A stretch of 34,441 nt of DNA from Actinomycetales bacterium. Its GTDB lineage: Bacteria; Actinomycetota; Actinomycetes; Actinomycetales; CAVURS01. The notes below the pieces were generated by a model, which saw only the letters and a list, made by a program, of their open reading frames with translations, was not told the origin of the DNA and ran no database searches. Below, piece by piece: positions 19,332-28,366 of the stretch. Every line of letters starts with the position of its first letter. The stretch's first letter is position 1. Position numbers and translations under genes: made by a program. The stretch is from NCBI GenBank assembly GCA_045807245.1, contig JBJMHS010000006.1, positions 1 to 34,441 of the forward strand. Direction: 5' to 3'.

Positions 19332-20585
19332 CTACCCGCTGAACTCCTCGAGCGTCGCCCGGGCCTGCTCGAGCCAGGCCGACCGGGCCTCGATCGAGGA
19401 CTCGGCATCGGCCGCGGCCTTCGCGTCACCCCGCGCCTGCGCCTTCGCCAGCTGCTCCCGCAACGAGGCCAGGGCCTCCTCGAGCTGGCTGACGGCGCTC
19501 TCCGCCCGGGCCCGCGCCTCGGGGTTGCTGCGCTTCCAGCGCTCCTCCTCGGCGTCGCGGACGACCTGCTCGACCTTGCGGATGCGTTTCTCGATCCGGT
19601 CCATGTCCGAGCGCGGCACCTTGCCGGCCGCCTCCCACCGTTCCTGGATCCCGCGCAAGGTCTCTTTCGCCGCCGCCAGGTCCGAGACGGGCAGCAAGGC
19701 CTCGGCCTCGGTCAGCAGCTGCTCCTTGACCGCGAGGTTGGCCCGGAAGGCCTCCTCCTCCGCCGACTGCACCTCGTTGCGGGCGGCGAAGAATGCGTCC
19801 TGCGCACCCCGGAAGCGCGCCCACAGGGCGTCGTCGTCCTTGCGCGAGGCGCGCCCGGCCGCCCGCCAGCGGTCCATCAGGCGCTTGTAGGCCGCCGACG
19901 TCGGCCCCCAGTCACGCGAGGACGACAGGGCTTCGGCCTCCTTGACCAGCGCCTGCTTGGCCAGCTTCACCTCGGCCTGCGAGGTCTCGAGCTGCGCGAA
20001 GTGCTGCCGGCGATGCCGGTCGAAGGTCGTCCGGGCATGGCTGAACCGGTGCCAGAGCTCCTCCTCCGGCCCACGGTCAAGGCGCGGTCCCGACTTCTGA
20101 TGGGCTTTCCACTCGTCGAACAGGTCCTTCATGCGCTGGCCGTCCGTGCGCCACTGGGTGCGCTCGGGCGGTGTGGCGGCGATCCGCTCGGCCTCCTCGA
20201 CGAGGGCGGCCCGAGCGGCCAGCTGCTCGGCCCGCGTCTTGGCGCGGGCCTGAGCGGCCTCGGACCGCTTCTCCCGGGCCCGCGCCTCGACGGCGTCGAC
20301 CCGGGCACAGAGGGCGGTGAGGTCCCCGACGGCGTTCGGCTCGGTGGTCAGCTCACGCAGACGCTTGATCCCCGCGTCGATGTCGCGCGGTGACATGTCA
20401 GTGCCGTTGAGCCGCTGGGCGAACAGGCTGATCTGGGCGTCGATGTCGTCGTACTTGCGGGCGAAGTACGCGAGCGCCTCGTCCGCCGACGCGCCGGGAT
20501 AGGAGCCCACCTCCCGCTCGCCGCCGGCCGTACGCACGTAGACCGTGCCGTCGTCGGCGACCCGCCCGTAGTCCTCGACCGCCAT
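19332..20585 (-). CDS. DUF349 domain coiled-coil protein
   Basis: YGRVADDGTVYVRT...EREVGSYPG...EALAYFARKYD N-terminus; repeated 'LWxRF..A...FF' / 'WxxxGxxxR' units; conserved position next to relA. Confidence 0.9.
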   Translation of the reverse strand: MAVEDYGRVADDGTVYVRTAGGEREVGSYPGASADEALAYFARKYDDIDAQISLFAQRLNGTDMSPRDIDAGIKRLRELTTEPNAVGDLTALCARVDAVEARAREKRSEAAQARAKTRAEQLAARAALVEEAERIAATPPERTQWRTDGQRMKDLFDEWKAHQKSGPRLDRGPEEELWHRFSHARTTFDRHRRQHFAQLETSQAEVKLAKQALVKEAEALSSSRDWGPTSAAYKRLMDRWRAAGRASRKDDDALWARFRGAQDAFFAARNEVQSAEEEAFRANLAVKEQLLTEAEALLPVSDLAAAKETLRGIQERWEAAGKVPRSDMDRIEKRIRKVEQVVRDAEEERWKRSNPEARARAESAVSQLEEALASLREQLAKAQARGDAKAAADAESSIEARSAWLEQARATLEEFSG

Positions 20586-20595
20586 TGGCCTGCTC

Positions 20596-21438
20596 CTACT
20601 TGACCGTCACCGAGGTGATGTTGACCGGGGTGGCCGGCGGGCCGTCGGAGCCGCCGCCCTGGACGCCGCCCGCGGCGACCTTGGTCACAACCTCCAGGCC
20701 CTTGCTGACCGTCCCGAAGATCGAGTATCCGCCACCGTCGGTCGGCAGCACGCTGTCCCGGTAGACCAGGAAGAACTGGCTGCCGTTGGAGCTCGGGTCA
20801 CTGGTTCTAGCCATAGCAATGGTGCCGGCCGGGTACTTGCCGTCCGCAGGGGCGTTCTCGACGCCGTACCCGTAGCCGGGGCCGCCACTGCCCCCCGCGG
20901 TGGGATCTCCGCACTGCAGCACGTAGATGCCCGAGGTGGTCAGGCGGTGACAGGTCGTCTTGTCGAAGAAGTGCTTCTGGGCGAGGAAGACGAAGGAGGA
21001 GACCGTCTGCGGGGCCTTCGCGCCGTCGAGGGTGAAGGTCATGGTGCCGCAGCTGGTCGCGACGGTCGCGGTCCAGGTGCGGTTGGCGGCCAGCGTCTTG
21101 GGCGGAGCGGTCGAGAACTGCTGTGGCTTGGCCACCTTCGCGGCCGTGGCCGCCGGGCAGGCTCCGGCCCTCGGGGGGGCCGACGACGTGCCCGACGAAC
21201 TTGGCGCGCTGGGCGAGGCGGTGCTCGACGCGCCGGGGGTCGCCGCCTTCGCACTGGTCTTGCCCGCCCCGGTCAGCTTCGTGATGCCGGACACGCCACC
21301 CACCACGATCAGCACGCCGAGGACCGCCGCCGTGACCTGCTGGCGGGTCCGCCGGGCCTGCGCCTTGCGGGCGAGGTTGGCCTGGCGCTTGGCGTATCGC
21401 CGTTTCGCACGGGCCCGGTCGCGGGCGGTCGGCGACAC
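20596..21438 (-). CDS. Membrane-anchored cyclophilin-type peptidyl-prolyl isomerase (PpiB-like)
   Basis: Basic N-terminus, TM helix, S/T/P linker; CHRLTT, VLQCGDP, GGPGY, GTIAMA, NGSQFFLVY, YSIFG; AGGAG SD before GTG 21438; candidate -10 TAGACT at 21524-21519. Confidence 0.92.
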   Translation of the reverse strand: MSPTARDRARAKRRYAKRQANLARKAQARRTRQQVTAAVLGVLIVVGGVSGITKLTGAGKTSAKAATPGASSTASPSAPSSSGTSSAPPRAGACPAATAAKVAKPQQFSTAPPKTLAANRTWTATVATSCGTMTFTLDGAKAPQTVSSFVFLAQKHFFDKTTCHRLTTSGIYVLQCGDPTAGGSGGPGYGYGVENAPADGKYPAGTIAMARTSDPSSNGSQFFLVYRDSVLPTDGGGYSIFGTVSKGLEVVTKVAAGGVQGGGSDGPPATPVNITSVTVK

Positions 21439-21607
21439 GTGACTCTCCTGATCGTCGTCGTTCAGCTGGAGTGGCGCCTCGCCCGGCCCGTACGGCGGGT
21501 GCGCGCGGCAACCGCGCAAGTCTAGGCAGCACTACGAGAGGTTCGCGCACACCTCCAGGTCACGAACTGGACTCGGCGCCGCCCTATGGCCTGGATAGGC
21601 TCCTGCG

Positions 21608-22333
21608 GTGCTGCTCCGTGGGTTCCCGGCGCCCGTTTTCGGGACGAACTGCTACATCGCGGCCCCGGCGCCGGGGGAGGAGTGCGTGGTGGTCGACCCG
21701 GGCATCGAGGTGCTTGACCGGCTCGAAGCCACCCTCGTGGAGCACCGGCTGCGCCCGGCCGCCGTGCTGCTGACCCACGGACACCTCGACCACACCTACT
21801 CCGTCACGCCGGTGTGCGGGGCCCACGGGGTGGCGGCCTACATCCACCGGGACGACGTGTACCGGCTGAAGGACCCGCTGGCCGACTTCGACGCAGGCTT
21901 CGTGGCCATGCTGGAAGCGCAGTTCGGCAAGGCGGCGACCTGGGCCGAGCCGGACGACGTGGTGCAGGTCGTCGACCGCGCGCGGTTCCAGGTCGCGGGG
22001 CTCGACATCGGCGTACGGCACGCGCCCGGGCACACCGAGGGATCAGTCCTGTTCGACCTGCCGGGGCTCCCGGACGAGCCCGTCGCGCAGGTCTGGCCGC
22101 CCTCGCCGGCCGTGTCGACGACAGTCCTGAGCGGCGACGTGCTGTTCGCCGGCAGCATCGGACGGTACGACCTGGCTGGAGGTGACGCGGCCGCCATGCG
22201 GCGCACGCTCGCTGAGGTCGTGCTAGCCCTGCCGGACGACGTGCTGGTCCTGCCCGGGCACGGCCCGGCCACGACGATGGCGCGCGAGCGAGCGACGAAC
22301 CCGTACCTGCTGGACCTCGGGCTCGTCGCATGA
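21608..22333 (+). CDS. MBL-fold metallo-hydrolase (glyoxalase II-like)
   Basis: LTHGHLDH, HAPGHTEG, SGDVLF..SIGR, LPGHG, ERATNPYL; -10 TAGGCT (21596-21601) 6 nt before GTG suggests leaderless start. Confidence 0.92.
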   Translation: MLLRGFPAPVFGTNCYIAAPAPGEECVVVDPGIEVLDRLEATLVEHRLRPAAVLLTHGHLDHTYSVTPVCGAHGVAAYIHRDDVYRLKDPLADFDAGFVAMLEAQFGKAATWAEPDDVVQVVDRARFQVAGLDIGVRHAPGHTEGSVLFDLPGLPDEPVAQVWPPSPAVSTTVLSGDVLFAGSIGRYDLAGGDAAAMRRTLAEVVLALPDDVLVLPGHGPATTMARERATNPYLLDLGLVA

Positions 22334-23700
22334 CGCGGGCCGAACGCCCGCGCCCGCTGAGCGGGTTCCCGGAGTGGCTGCCGGGCGAACGTCTGGCCGA
22401 GCAGCTGGTCGTGGACCACCTTCGGCGAACGTTCGAGCTGGCCGGCTTCGTGCCGCTGGAGACGCGCGCGGTGGAGCCGTTGTCGCAGCTGCTGCGCAAG
22501 GGGGAGATCGACAAGGAGGTCTACGTCGTCCGCCGCCTGCACGAGGAGCCGGGCGAGGCGGCCGACCTCGACGACGACGCGCTGGCTCTGCATTTCGACC
22601 TCACCGTGCCGTTCGCGCGGTACGTCCTGGAGAACGCCGGCAAGCTGGACTTCCCTTTGCGCCGGTACCAGATCCAGAAGGTATGGCGGGGTGAGCGACC
22701 GCAGGAGGGCCGCTACCGCGAGTTCCGGCAGGCAGACATCGACGTCGTCGGGCGAGACACGCTGCCGTTCCACCACGACGTCGACATCGCGCAGGTGATG
22801 GCCGAGGCGCTGTCCGGCCTGCCGGTGCCACCGATCACGTTGCAGCTCAACAACCGTCGGTTGATCCAGGGCTTCTACGAGGGCCTGGGTATCGACGACG
22901 CGGAGGTCGTCGCGGCGGTGCTGCGCGCCGTGGACAAGCTCGACAAGATCGGCCCGGCGGGAGTGCGTGAGGTACTGGTCGGCCAGGAAGGACTGGCGGA
23001 GCCCTTGGCCGACAGCTGCCTGCAGCTGTCCGCGATCCGGACCTCGGACACGTCGTTCGTCGACCAGGTGCGGGCGCTCGGGGTGAAGGGCGACCTGCTC
23101 GACACCGGGCTGGCCGAGCTGGCGGAGGTGATGGCCGGTGCGACTGCCGCGGCCTCCGAACGGGTCACCGTGGTCGCCGACCTCAGCATCGCGCGCGGGC
23201 TGGACTACTACACGGGCACGGTCTACGAGACCCGGATGGCCGGGTTCGAGTCGCTCGGCTCGATCTGCTCGGGTGGCCGGTACGACGCTCTGGCCAGCGA
23301 CGGTCGCTCGACCTACCCCGGCGTCGGCATCTCGTTCGGGGTCACCCGCACGCTCGGGCCGCTGTTCGCCCGCGGGCTCGTGCGGCTGAGCCGGCCCACG
23401 CCCACGTGCGTGCTCATCGCCGTACCGGACGAAGAGCACCGCGCGAGCTGCCGCACCGTGGCCCTCGGCCTTCGGTCGCGAGGCATCGCCGCCGAGGTCT
23501 CGCCCAGCGCGGCGAAGTACGGCAAACAGATCCGGTACGCCGAGCGGCGCGGCGTGCCCTACGTCTGGTTTCCCTCTGCCGCAACGGAATCCGGCATCGA
23601 CGAGGTCCGGGACATCCGCACCGGTGAGCAGGTGCCTGCCGATGCCGCATGGTCCCCGCCGCCGTCGGACCTGACTCCGCACTTCGTCGACGCCGACTGA
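22330..23700 (+). CDS. hisS: Histidine--tRNA ligase
   Basis: LSGFPEWLP, HFDLTVPFARY, WRGERPQEGRYREF, RGLDYYTG, GGRYD; ATGA overlap. Confidence 0.96.
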   Translation: MTRAERPRPLSGFPEWLPGERLAEQLVVDHLRRTFELAGFVPLETRAVEPLSQLLRKGEIDKEVYVVRRLHEEPGEAADLDDDALALHFDLTVPFARYVLENAGKLDFPLRRYQIQKVWRGERPQEGRYREFRQADIDVVGRDTLPFHHDVDIAQVMAEALSGLPVPPITLQLNNRRLIQGFYEGLGIDDAEVVAAVLRAVDKLDKIGPAGVREVLVGQEGLAEPLADSCLQLSAIRTSDTSFVDQVRALGVKGDLLDTGLAELAEVMAGATAAASERVTVVADLSIARGLDYYTGTVYETRMAGFESLGSICSGGRYDALASDGRSTYPGVGISFGVTRTLGPLFARGLVRLSRPTPTCVLIAVPDEEHRASCRTVALGLRSRGIAAEVSPSAAKYGKQIRYAERRGVPYVWFPSAATESGIDEVRDIRTGEQVPADAAWSPPPSDLTPHFVDAD

Positions 23701-23704
23701 CCGC

Positions 23705-24337
23705 TCAGCGCACGTTGTGCGGGCGGAACTGGATGCTGATCCGGGGCCCGACCGGCTGGGCGGTCTTGGGCACCGCGTGCTCCCAGGTGCGTTGGCACGA
23801 GCCGCCCATCACGATGAGGTCGCCGTGGCCGAGCATGAGCTTGAGCGCCTGGCCGCCGCCACGTGGACGCAGCAGCAAGGCGCGCGGCGAGCCGACGGAG
23901 ACGATGGCCACCATCGTGTCCTCGGTGCGGCTGCGGCCGACGGTGTCACCGTGCCACGCGACGCTGTCCCGACCGTCCCGATAGAGGCAGAGCCCGGCGG
24001 TGACGAACGGCTCGCGCAGCTCCGCGGCGTAGTAGCGGCCGAGCCGGTCCCGAGCGTCGGTCAGCAGCGGATGGGGGAGGGGAGCGCCCTCGTCGTAGAA
24101 CGAGAGCAACCGAGGGACGTCGACCTCGCGGTCGTACATCTCGCGCCGTTCAGCGTGCCACGGCACACCGGCCGACAGCAGGTCGAAGAGCGCCGTCGGT
24201 GCGCTGACCCAGCCGCGTCGCACGTCCACCCACGCACCGCGAGTCAGCCGGGTCCGGCGTACGGTCGCGCCGAGCTCACCGAGCTGCGGCTCGTCCACGA
24301 GGTCGTCGATCAGCGAGGCCTGGACTGCGACGGTCAT
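23705..24337 (-). CDS. AlkB-family 2OG-Fe(II) dioxygenase
   Basis: MYDREVDVPRL, LYRDGRDSVAWHGD (HxD), WEHAVPK, RISIQFR. Confidence 0.92.
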   Translation of the reverse strand: MTVAVQASLIDDLVDEPQLGELGATVRRTRLTRGAWVDVRRGWVSAPTALFDLLSAGVPWHAERREMYDREVDVPRLLSFYDEGAPLPHPLLTDARDRLGRYYAAELREPFVTAGLCLYRDGRDSVAWHGDTVGRSRTEDTMVAIVSVGSPRALLLRPRGGGQALKLMLGHGDLIVMGGSCQRTWEHAVPKTAQPVGPRISIQFRPHNVR

Positions 24338-24343
24338 GGGCGC

Positions 24344-24373
24344 AGTCTACGCCGGTTTCGAACAAGCGTTCTA
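24344..24373 (-). promoter_or_regulatory. Leaderless alkB promoter with LexA box
   Basis: -10 TAGACT (24349-24344) 6 nt before ATG; TCGAAC-AAGC-GTTCTA (24358-24373) lies upstream of the -10. Confidence 0.8.
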
Positions 24374-24486
24374 GTAGGCGCGGACCACGTCCGGGGCCTG
24401 GGCCGCGCTGTCCTCGACCTCCCAGCACATAGGCTTGGCGGGCTCTGTTCGTCGTACCCCGTCCGTATGTGAGGAAGGTTCGTCTC

Positions 24487-26247
24487 GTGCTCCGCACCCA
24501 CGAGGCCGGCACGCTGCGCGCCGGCCACATCGGCCAGACCGTGACCCTTGCCGGGTGGGTGGCCAAGCGGCGCGATCACGGCGGCGTTGCCTTCCTGGAC
24601 CTGCGTGACGCGTCCGGCGTCGTGCAGGTCGTCGTCCGGGACGAGTCAGTCGCCCACGGGCTGCGAGCGGAGTACTGCCTGCTCGTGACCGGCTCGGTGG
24701 ATGCGCGGCTGGAGGGCAAGGCGAACGCCGAGCTCGACACCGGAGAGATCGAAGTCACGGCCGACCAGGTCCAGGTGCTCAACCCGGCCGCGCCGCTGCC
24801 GTTCCAGATCGACGAGCGGGTCGAGGTCGGCGAGGAGGCGCGGCTGCGCTACCGCTACCTGGACCTGCGCCGACCGGCCCCTGGTGCCGCGCTACGGCTG
24901 CGCAGCAAGGTCAACCAGGCCGCGCGGGACACCCTGCTGGCCAGGGACTTCGTCGAGATCGAGACGCCGACGCTCACCCGCTCGACCCCTGAGGGTGCGC
25001 GCGACTTCCTGGTGCCGGCCCGGCTGCGGCCGGGCTCCTGGTACGCCTTGCCGCAGAGCCCGCAGCTGTTCAAGCAGCTGCTGATGGTCGCGGGCATGGA
25101 GCGCTACTTCCAGATCGCGCGCTGCTACCGCGACGAGGACTTCCGCGCCGACCGGCAGCCGGAGTTCACCCAGCTCGACATCGAGATGAGCTTCGTCGAG
25201 GAGGACGACGTCATCGCCATCGCCGAGGAGGTGCTCGTCGCGCTGTGGCGGCTGGTCGGGTACGCCGTACCGACTCCGATCCAGCGGATGACATACGCCG
25301 ACGCGATGGCCCGCTTCGGCTCGGACAAGCCGGACCTGCGGTTCGGCAACGAGCTCGTGGACTGCACGACGTACTTCAAGGACACGCCGTTCCGCGTCTT
25401 CCAGGCGGCGTACGTCGGCGCGGTCGTGATGGCGGGCGGTGCGAGCCAGCCCCGCAAGACGCTCGACGCGTGGCAGGAGTGGGCCAAGCAGCGAGGGGCT
25501 CGCGGTCTGGCCTACGTCCTCGTCGGCGAGGACGGCACGCTGTCCGGTCCGGTGGCCAAGAACCTGTCGGACACCGAACAGGCCGGCCTCGCGGAGTACG
25601 TCGGCGCCGCGCCGGGCGACTGCATCTTCTTCGCCGCGGGGGCGCTCAACAGCTCACGCGGTCTGCTGGGGGCAGCGCGCCTGGAGATCGGACGCCGTAC
25701 CGGTCAGATCGACGAGTCGAGCTGGTCGTTCGTGTGGGTCGTGGACGCGCCGCTGTTCGAGCGGGTCGACGAAACCGACGACGTCGCAGTCGGTTCCGGC
25801 GCGTGGACGGCTGTGCATCACGCGTTCACGTCGCCCAAGCCAGAGTCGCTCGAGACGTTCGACATGGATCCCGGTTCGGCGCTGGCGTACGCCTACGACA
25901 TCGTCTGCAACGGCAACGAGATCGGTGGCGGCTCGATCCGTATCCACCAGCGCGAGGTGCAGGAGCGGGTGTTCGAGGTCATGGGCCTCGAGCCGGAGCA
26001 GGCCGAGGAGAAGTTCGGCTTCCTGCTCGAGGCGTTCACGTTCGGGGCACCGCCGCACGGTGGCATCGCGTTCGGCTGGGACCGGATCTGCGCCCTGCTG
26101 TCCGGCGCCGAGTCGATCCGCGAGGTCATCGCGTTCCCGAAGTCCGGCGGCGGCTTCGACCCGCTGACCGGCGCGCCCGCGGCCATCACCGCGCAGCAGC
26201 GCAAGGAGGCCGGCGTCGACGCGGTCGCCGAGCCCTCCACCTCCTGA
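24487..26247 (+). CDS. aspS: Aspartate--tRNA ligase (probably non-discriminating Asp/Asn)
   Basis: [53 protein letters not shown]; His in RRDH and GxxN (GKAN) fit the non-discriminating type; GAGGAAGG SD. Confidence 0.97.
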   Translation: MLRTHEAGTLRAGHIGQTVTLAGWVAKRRDHGGVAFLDLRDASGVVQVVVRDESVAHGLRAEYCLLVTGSVDARLEGKANAELDTGEIEVTADQVQVLNPAAPLPFQIDERVEVGEEARLRYRYLDLRRPAPGAALRLRSKVNQAARDTLLARDFVEIETPTLTRSTPEGARDFLVPARLRPGSWYALPQSPQLFKQLLMVAGMERYFQIARCYRDEDFRADRQPEFTQLDIEMSFVEEDDVIAIAEEVLVALWRLVGYAVPTPIQRMTYADAMARFGSDKPDLRFGNELVDCTTYFKDTPFRVFQAAYVGAVVMAGGASQPRKTLDAWQEWAKQRGARGLAYVLVGEDGTLSGPVAKNLSDTEQAGLAEYVGAAPGDCIFFAAGALNSSRGLLGAARLEIGRRTGQIDESSWSFVWVVDAPLFERVDETDDVAVGSGAWTAVHHAFTSPKPESLETFDMDPGSALAYAYDIVCNGNEIGGGSIRIHQREVQERVFEVMGLEPEQAEEKFGFLLEAFTFGAPPHGGIAFGWDRICALLSGAESIREVIAFPKSGGGFDPLTGAPAAITAQQRKEAGVDAVAEPSTS

Positions 26248-26263
26248 CCCCCGGCGTCGTCGT

Positions 26264-26360
26264 ACCCCCTGAAAGCCGGTTCACCCCCTGAAAGCCGGTC
26301 TGGCGCCGTCATTTCCGGGGCATCGGCGGCTTTCCGAGGGTAAAGCGGCTTTCGGAGGGC
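26264..26360. repeat. REP-like nested repeat / long hairpin between convergent aspS and MFS
   Basis: ACCCCCTGAAAGCCGGT twice (26264-26280, 26283-26299), then inverted GCGGCTTTCCGAGGGT (26326-26341) and GCGGCTTTCGGAGGGC (26345-26360); both pairs have 19-bp period. Confidence 0.85.
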
Positions 26361-26363
26361 ACC

Positions 26364-27740
26364 TCAGGTGGTGGGGGCTGGCACGAGCGGCGCGGCTGCG
26401 GGGGTCGGGGCGGTCGGTGCACCGGTCGACATCTGCCGGTGGACCGGGCCCCGGACGGCGAACACGCCGAGGGCAGCGATGACGCACAACAGCCCGCTCA
26501 CGTAGAACGCCGGGTTGTAGGAGTCGACGTGGTCGCGGATGGCGCCGGCCACCACGGCCACCGTCGCCGCGCCGATCTGGTGCGAGGCGAAGACCCAGCC
26601 GTACACGACCAGCCCGGTCTCGTTGCCGAACGTCTGCGTCACCAAGGTCACCGTCGGCGGGACGGTGGCGATCCAGTCCAGGCCGTAGAAGGCGACGAAC
26701 GCACCCAGGCTCAGGTGCTGGGCCGACAGGGCGTGCGGCAGTGCGATCAACGACAGGCCGCGCAGCCCGTAGTAGGTGAACAGCAGCAGCCGCGGGTTGT
26801 ACCGGTCCGTGAGCCAGCCCGAGGCCGTCGTCCCGACCACGTCGAGGAGCCCCATCGCGGCGAGCATCGACGCGGCCTGCACCTCGGGGATCTGGTGGTC
26901 CATGGCGGCCGGGATGAAGTGGGTCGCGATCAGCCCGTTGGTCGACGCCCCGCAGATGAAGAAGCTGCCGCACAACACCCAGAACTGGCTGGTCCGCGAG
27001 GCCCGGCCCAGCACGCGGAAGGCCGTGCTGACCGGCCGCCGGCCCGGCTCGAAGGCCGCGTCGTCCTCTAGCGCCCCGTAGCGCCGATGGCCCAGGTCGC
27101 CGGGGCGCTCCCGCAGGACGAGGGCCGACAGCGGTACGACGAGCAGCGAGGACGCGGCGACGGCCAGGGCCGCGCGGCGCCACTCCCCGTGACCGGCGAG
27201 CGAGGCCAGGAACGGCAGGAAGAGCAGCTGCCCGGTGGAGCTGCCGGCGGTGAGCAGACCCAGGACCAGCCCACGGCGCTTGGCGAACCAGCGGTTCGCG
27301 ATCGTCGCGGCCAGCACGGGCGCCACGGCCCCGGTGCCGGCGCCGACCAGCAGGCCCCAGCAGAGGTAGAGCTGCCAGGCGCTGGTCATGAAGACGGTCA
27401 GGCCGGACCCGAGGGCGATCAGTGCCATGGCGGCCGGCACGACCCGCCGCAGGCCGAACCGCTGGGTCAGGGCCGCGGCGAAGGGGCCGGCCAGGCCGAA
27501 CAGCACCAGGTTGACCGAGACAGCGCCGGCGATCGTGGCCCTGGACCAGCCGTACTCCTCCTGCAGCGGCACCAGCAAGACGCCCGGGGTCGCCCGGAAC
27601 CCGGCGGCGAACAGCAGACAGAGGAAGCCACCGGCCGCCACGACCCAGGCCGGATGCACACCGCGAACGAACAGGCCGCGAGGTTCCACCACCGGTGGCC
27701 GCGCCTCCTCGTCCGATGCCGCGGCCGGGGTCGTGCTCAT
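26364..27740 (-). CDS. MFS transporter (OFA/YbfB-like)
   Basis: About 12 hydrophobic segments, FGLRRVV, NRWFAKRRGLVLG, SGWLTDRY, WIATVPPT; start placed at ATG 27740 to avoid overlap with TetR. Confidence 0.9.
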   Translation of the reverse strand: MSTTPAAASDEEARPPVVEPRGLFVRGVHPAWVVAAGGFLCLLFAAGFRATPGVLLVPLQEEYGWSRATIAGAVSVNLVLFGLAGPFAAALTQRFGLRRVVPAAMALIALGSGLTVFMTSAWQLYLCWGLLVGAGTGAVAPVLAATIANRWFAKRRGLVLGLLTAGSSTGQLLFLPFLASLAGHGEWRRAALAVAASSLLVVPLSALVLRERPGDLGHRRYGALEDDAAFEPGRRPVSTAFRVLGRASRTSQFWVLCGSFFICGASTNGLIATHFIPAAMDHQIPEVQAASMLAAMGLLDVVGTTASGWLTDRYNPRLLLFTYYGLRGLSLIALPHALSAQHLSLGAFVAFYGLDWIATVPPTVTLVTQTFGNETGLVVYGWVFASHQIGAATVAVVAGAIRDHVDSYNPAFYVSGLLCVIAALGVFAVRGPVHRQMSTGAPTAPTPAAAPLVPAPTT

Positions 27741-27764
27741 GAGACCTGAAGGTATCATGGTGGG
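27738..27764. promoter_or_regulatory. Bidirectional promoter and TetR operator in a 24-bp intergenic space
   Basis: Palindrome CATGAGACC-TGAA-GGTATCATG (27738-27759, one mismatch); plus -10 TATCAT (27753-27758) and minus -10 TACCTT (27754-27749) share the TA. Confidence 0.7.
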
Positions 27765-28340
27765 GTGCCCGGTACCCATGACGTCCGCGAGCGGCTGACC
27801 GCCGCAGCGTTCGAGCTGCTCCGCGAGGGCGGCCTGGGCAATGCCAGCCCGGCCTTGATCGCGGAGCGCGCGGGGGCGAGCAAGATGTCGCTGTACCGGC
27901 ACTTCACCGGCGTGGACGAGCTGCTCGCCGTGGCGTTGGGGGAGCACGATGCCGAGCACCGCGAGCGGCTGATCGGCGGGGGAGAGGGCAGCCCCCGCGA
28001 GCACATCGAGGCGATGTTCGCCGGGGCCGCCGGCCGCGCCGACCGCCCGGGCTACCGGGGCTGCGTTTACGTCGACACGCGCGTCGAGGTCGCGGACCCC
28101 GACCACCCGGTGGCCGAGGTGGCCCGGCGGCACAAGGCCGCGATGGTCGCCACGCTGGCGGCCCTGCTCGAGTCTGCAGGCGACCCGTCGGCCGCTGAGA
28201 CGGCCTTGCGGGTGCAGATGCTGTACGACGGCGCCGTCGTCCATGCGGTGCTGGCCGGCAACGGCGGCCCGCTCCGGGCTGCGCTGGCCGCCCTGCCGGG
28301 CCTGGGGCCCGCGTTGTACCCGGACGGGCGCTCCTCCTGA
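27765..28340 (+). CDS. TetR/AcrR-family transcriptional regulator
   Basis: RERLTAAAFELL...IAERAGASKMSLYRHF HTH; YRGC motif in ligand domain; divergent from MFS. Confidence 0.92.
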   Translation: MPGTHDVRERLTAAAFELLREGGLGNASPALIAERAGASKMSLYRHFTGVDELLAVALGEHDAEHRERLIGGGEGSPREHIEAMFAGAAGRADRPGYRGCVYVDTRVEVADPDHPVAEVARRHKAAMVATLAALLESAGDPSAAETALRVQMLYDGAVVHAVLAGNGGPLRAALAALPGLGPALYPDGRSS

Positions 28341-28366
28341 GGCCCGGACCGTCCGATCATCACCGG

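Noticed and set aside
21541..21567. GTTCG...CGAAC between the cyclophilin and MBL genes as an SOS box
   Set aside because: The half-sites are in the wrong order and 17 bp apart; at most an imperfect palindrome.
5876..26360. CRISPR array from the repeats at 5876-5933 or 26264-26360
   Set aside because: Units are 11 and 17-19 bp with no unique spacers, and there are no cas genes.
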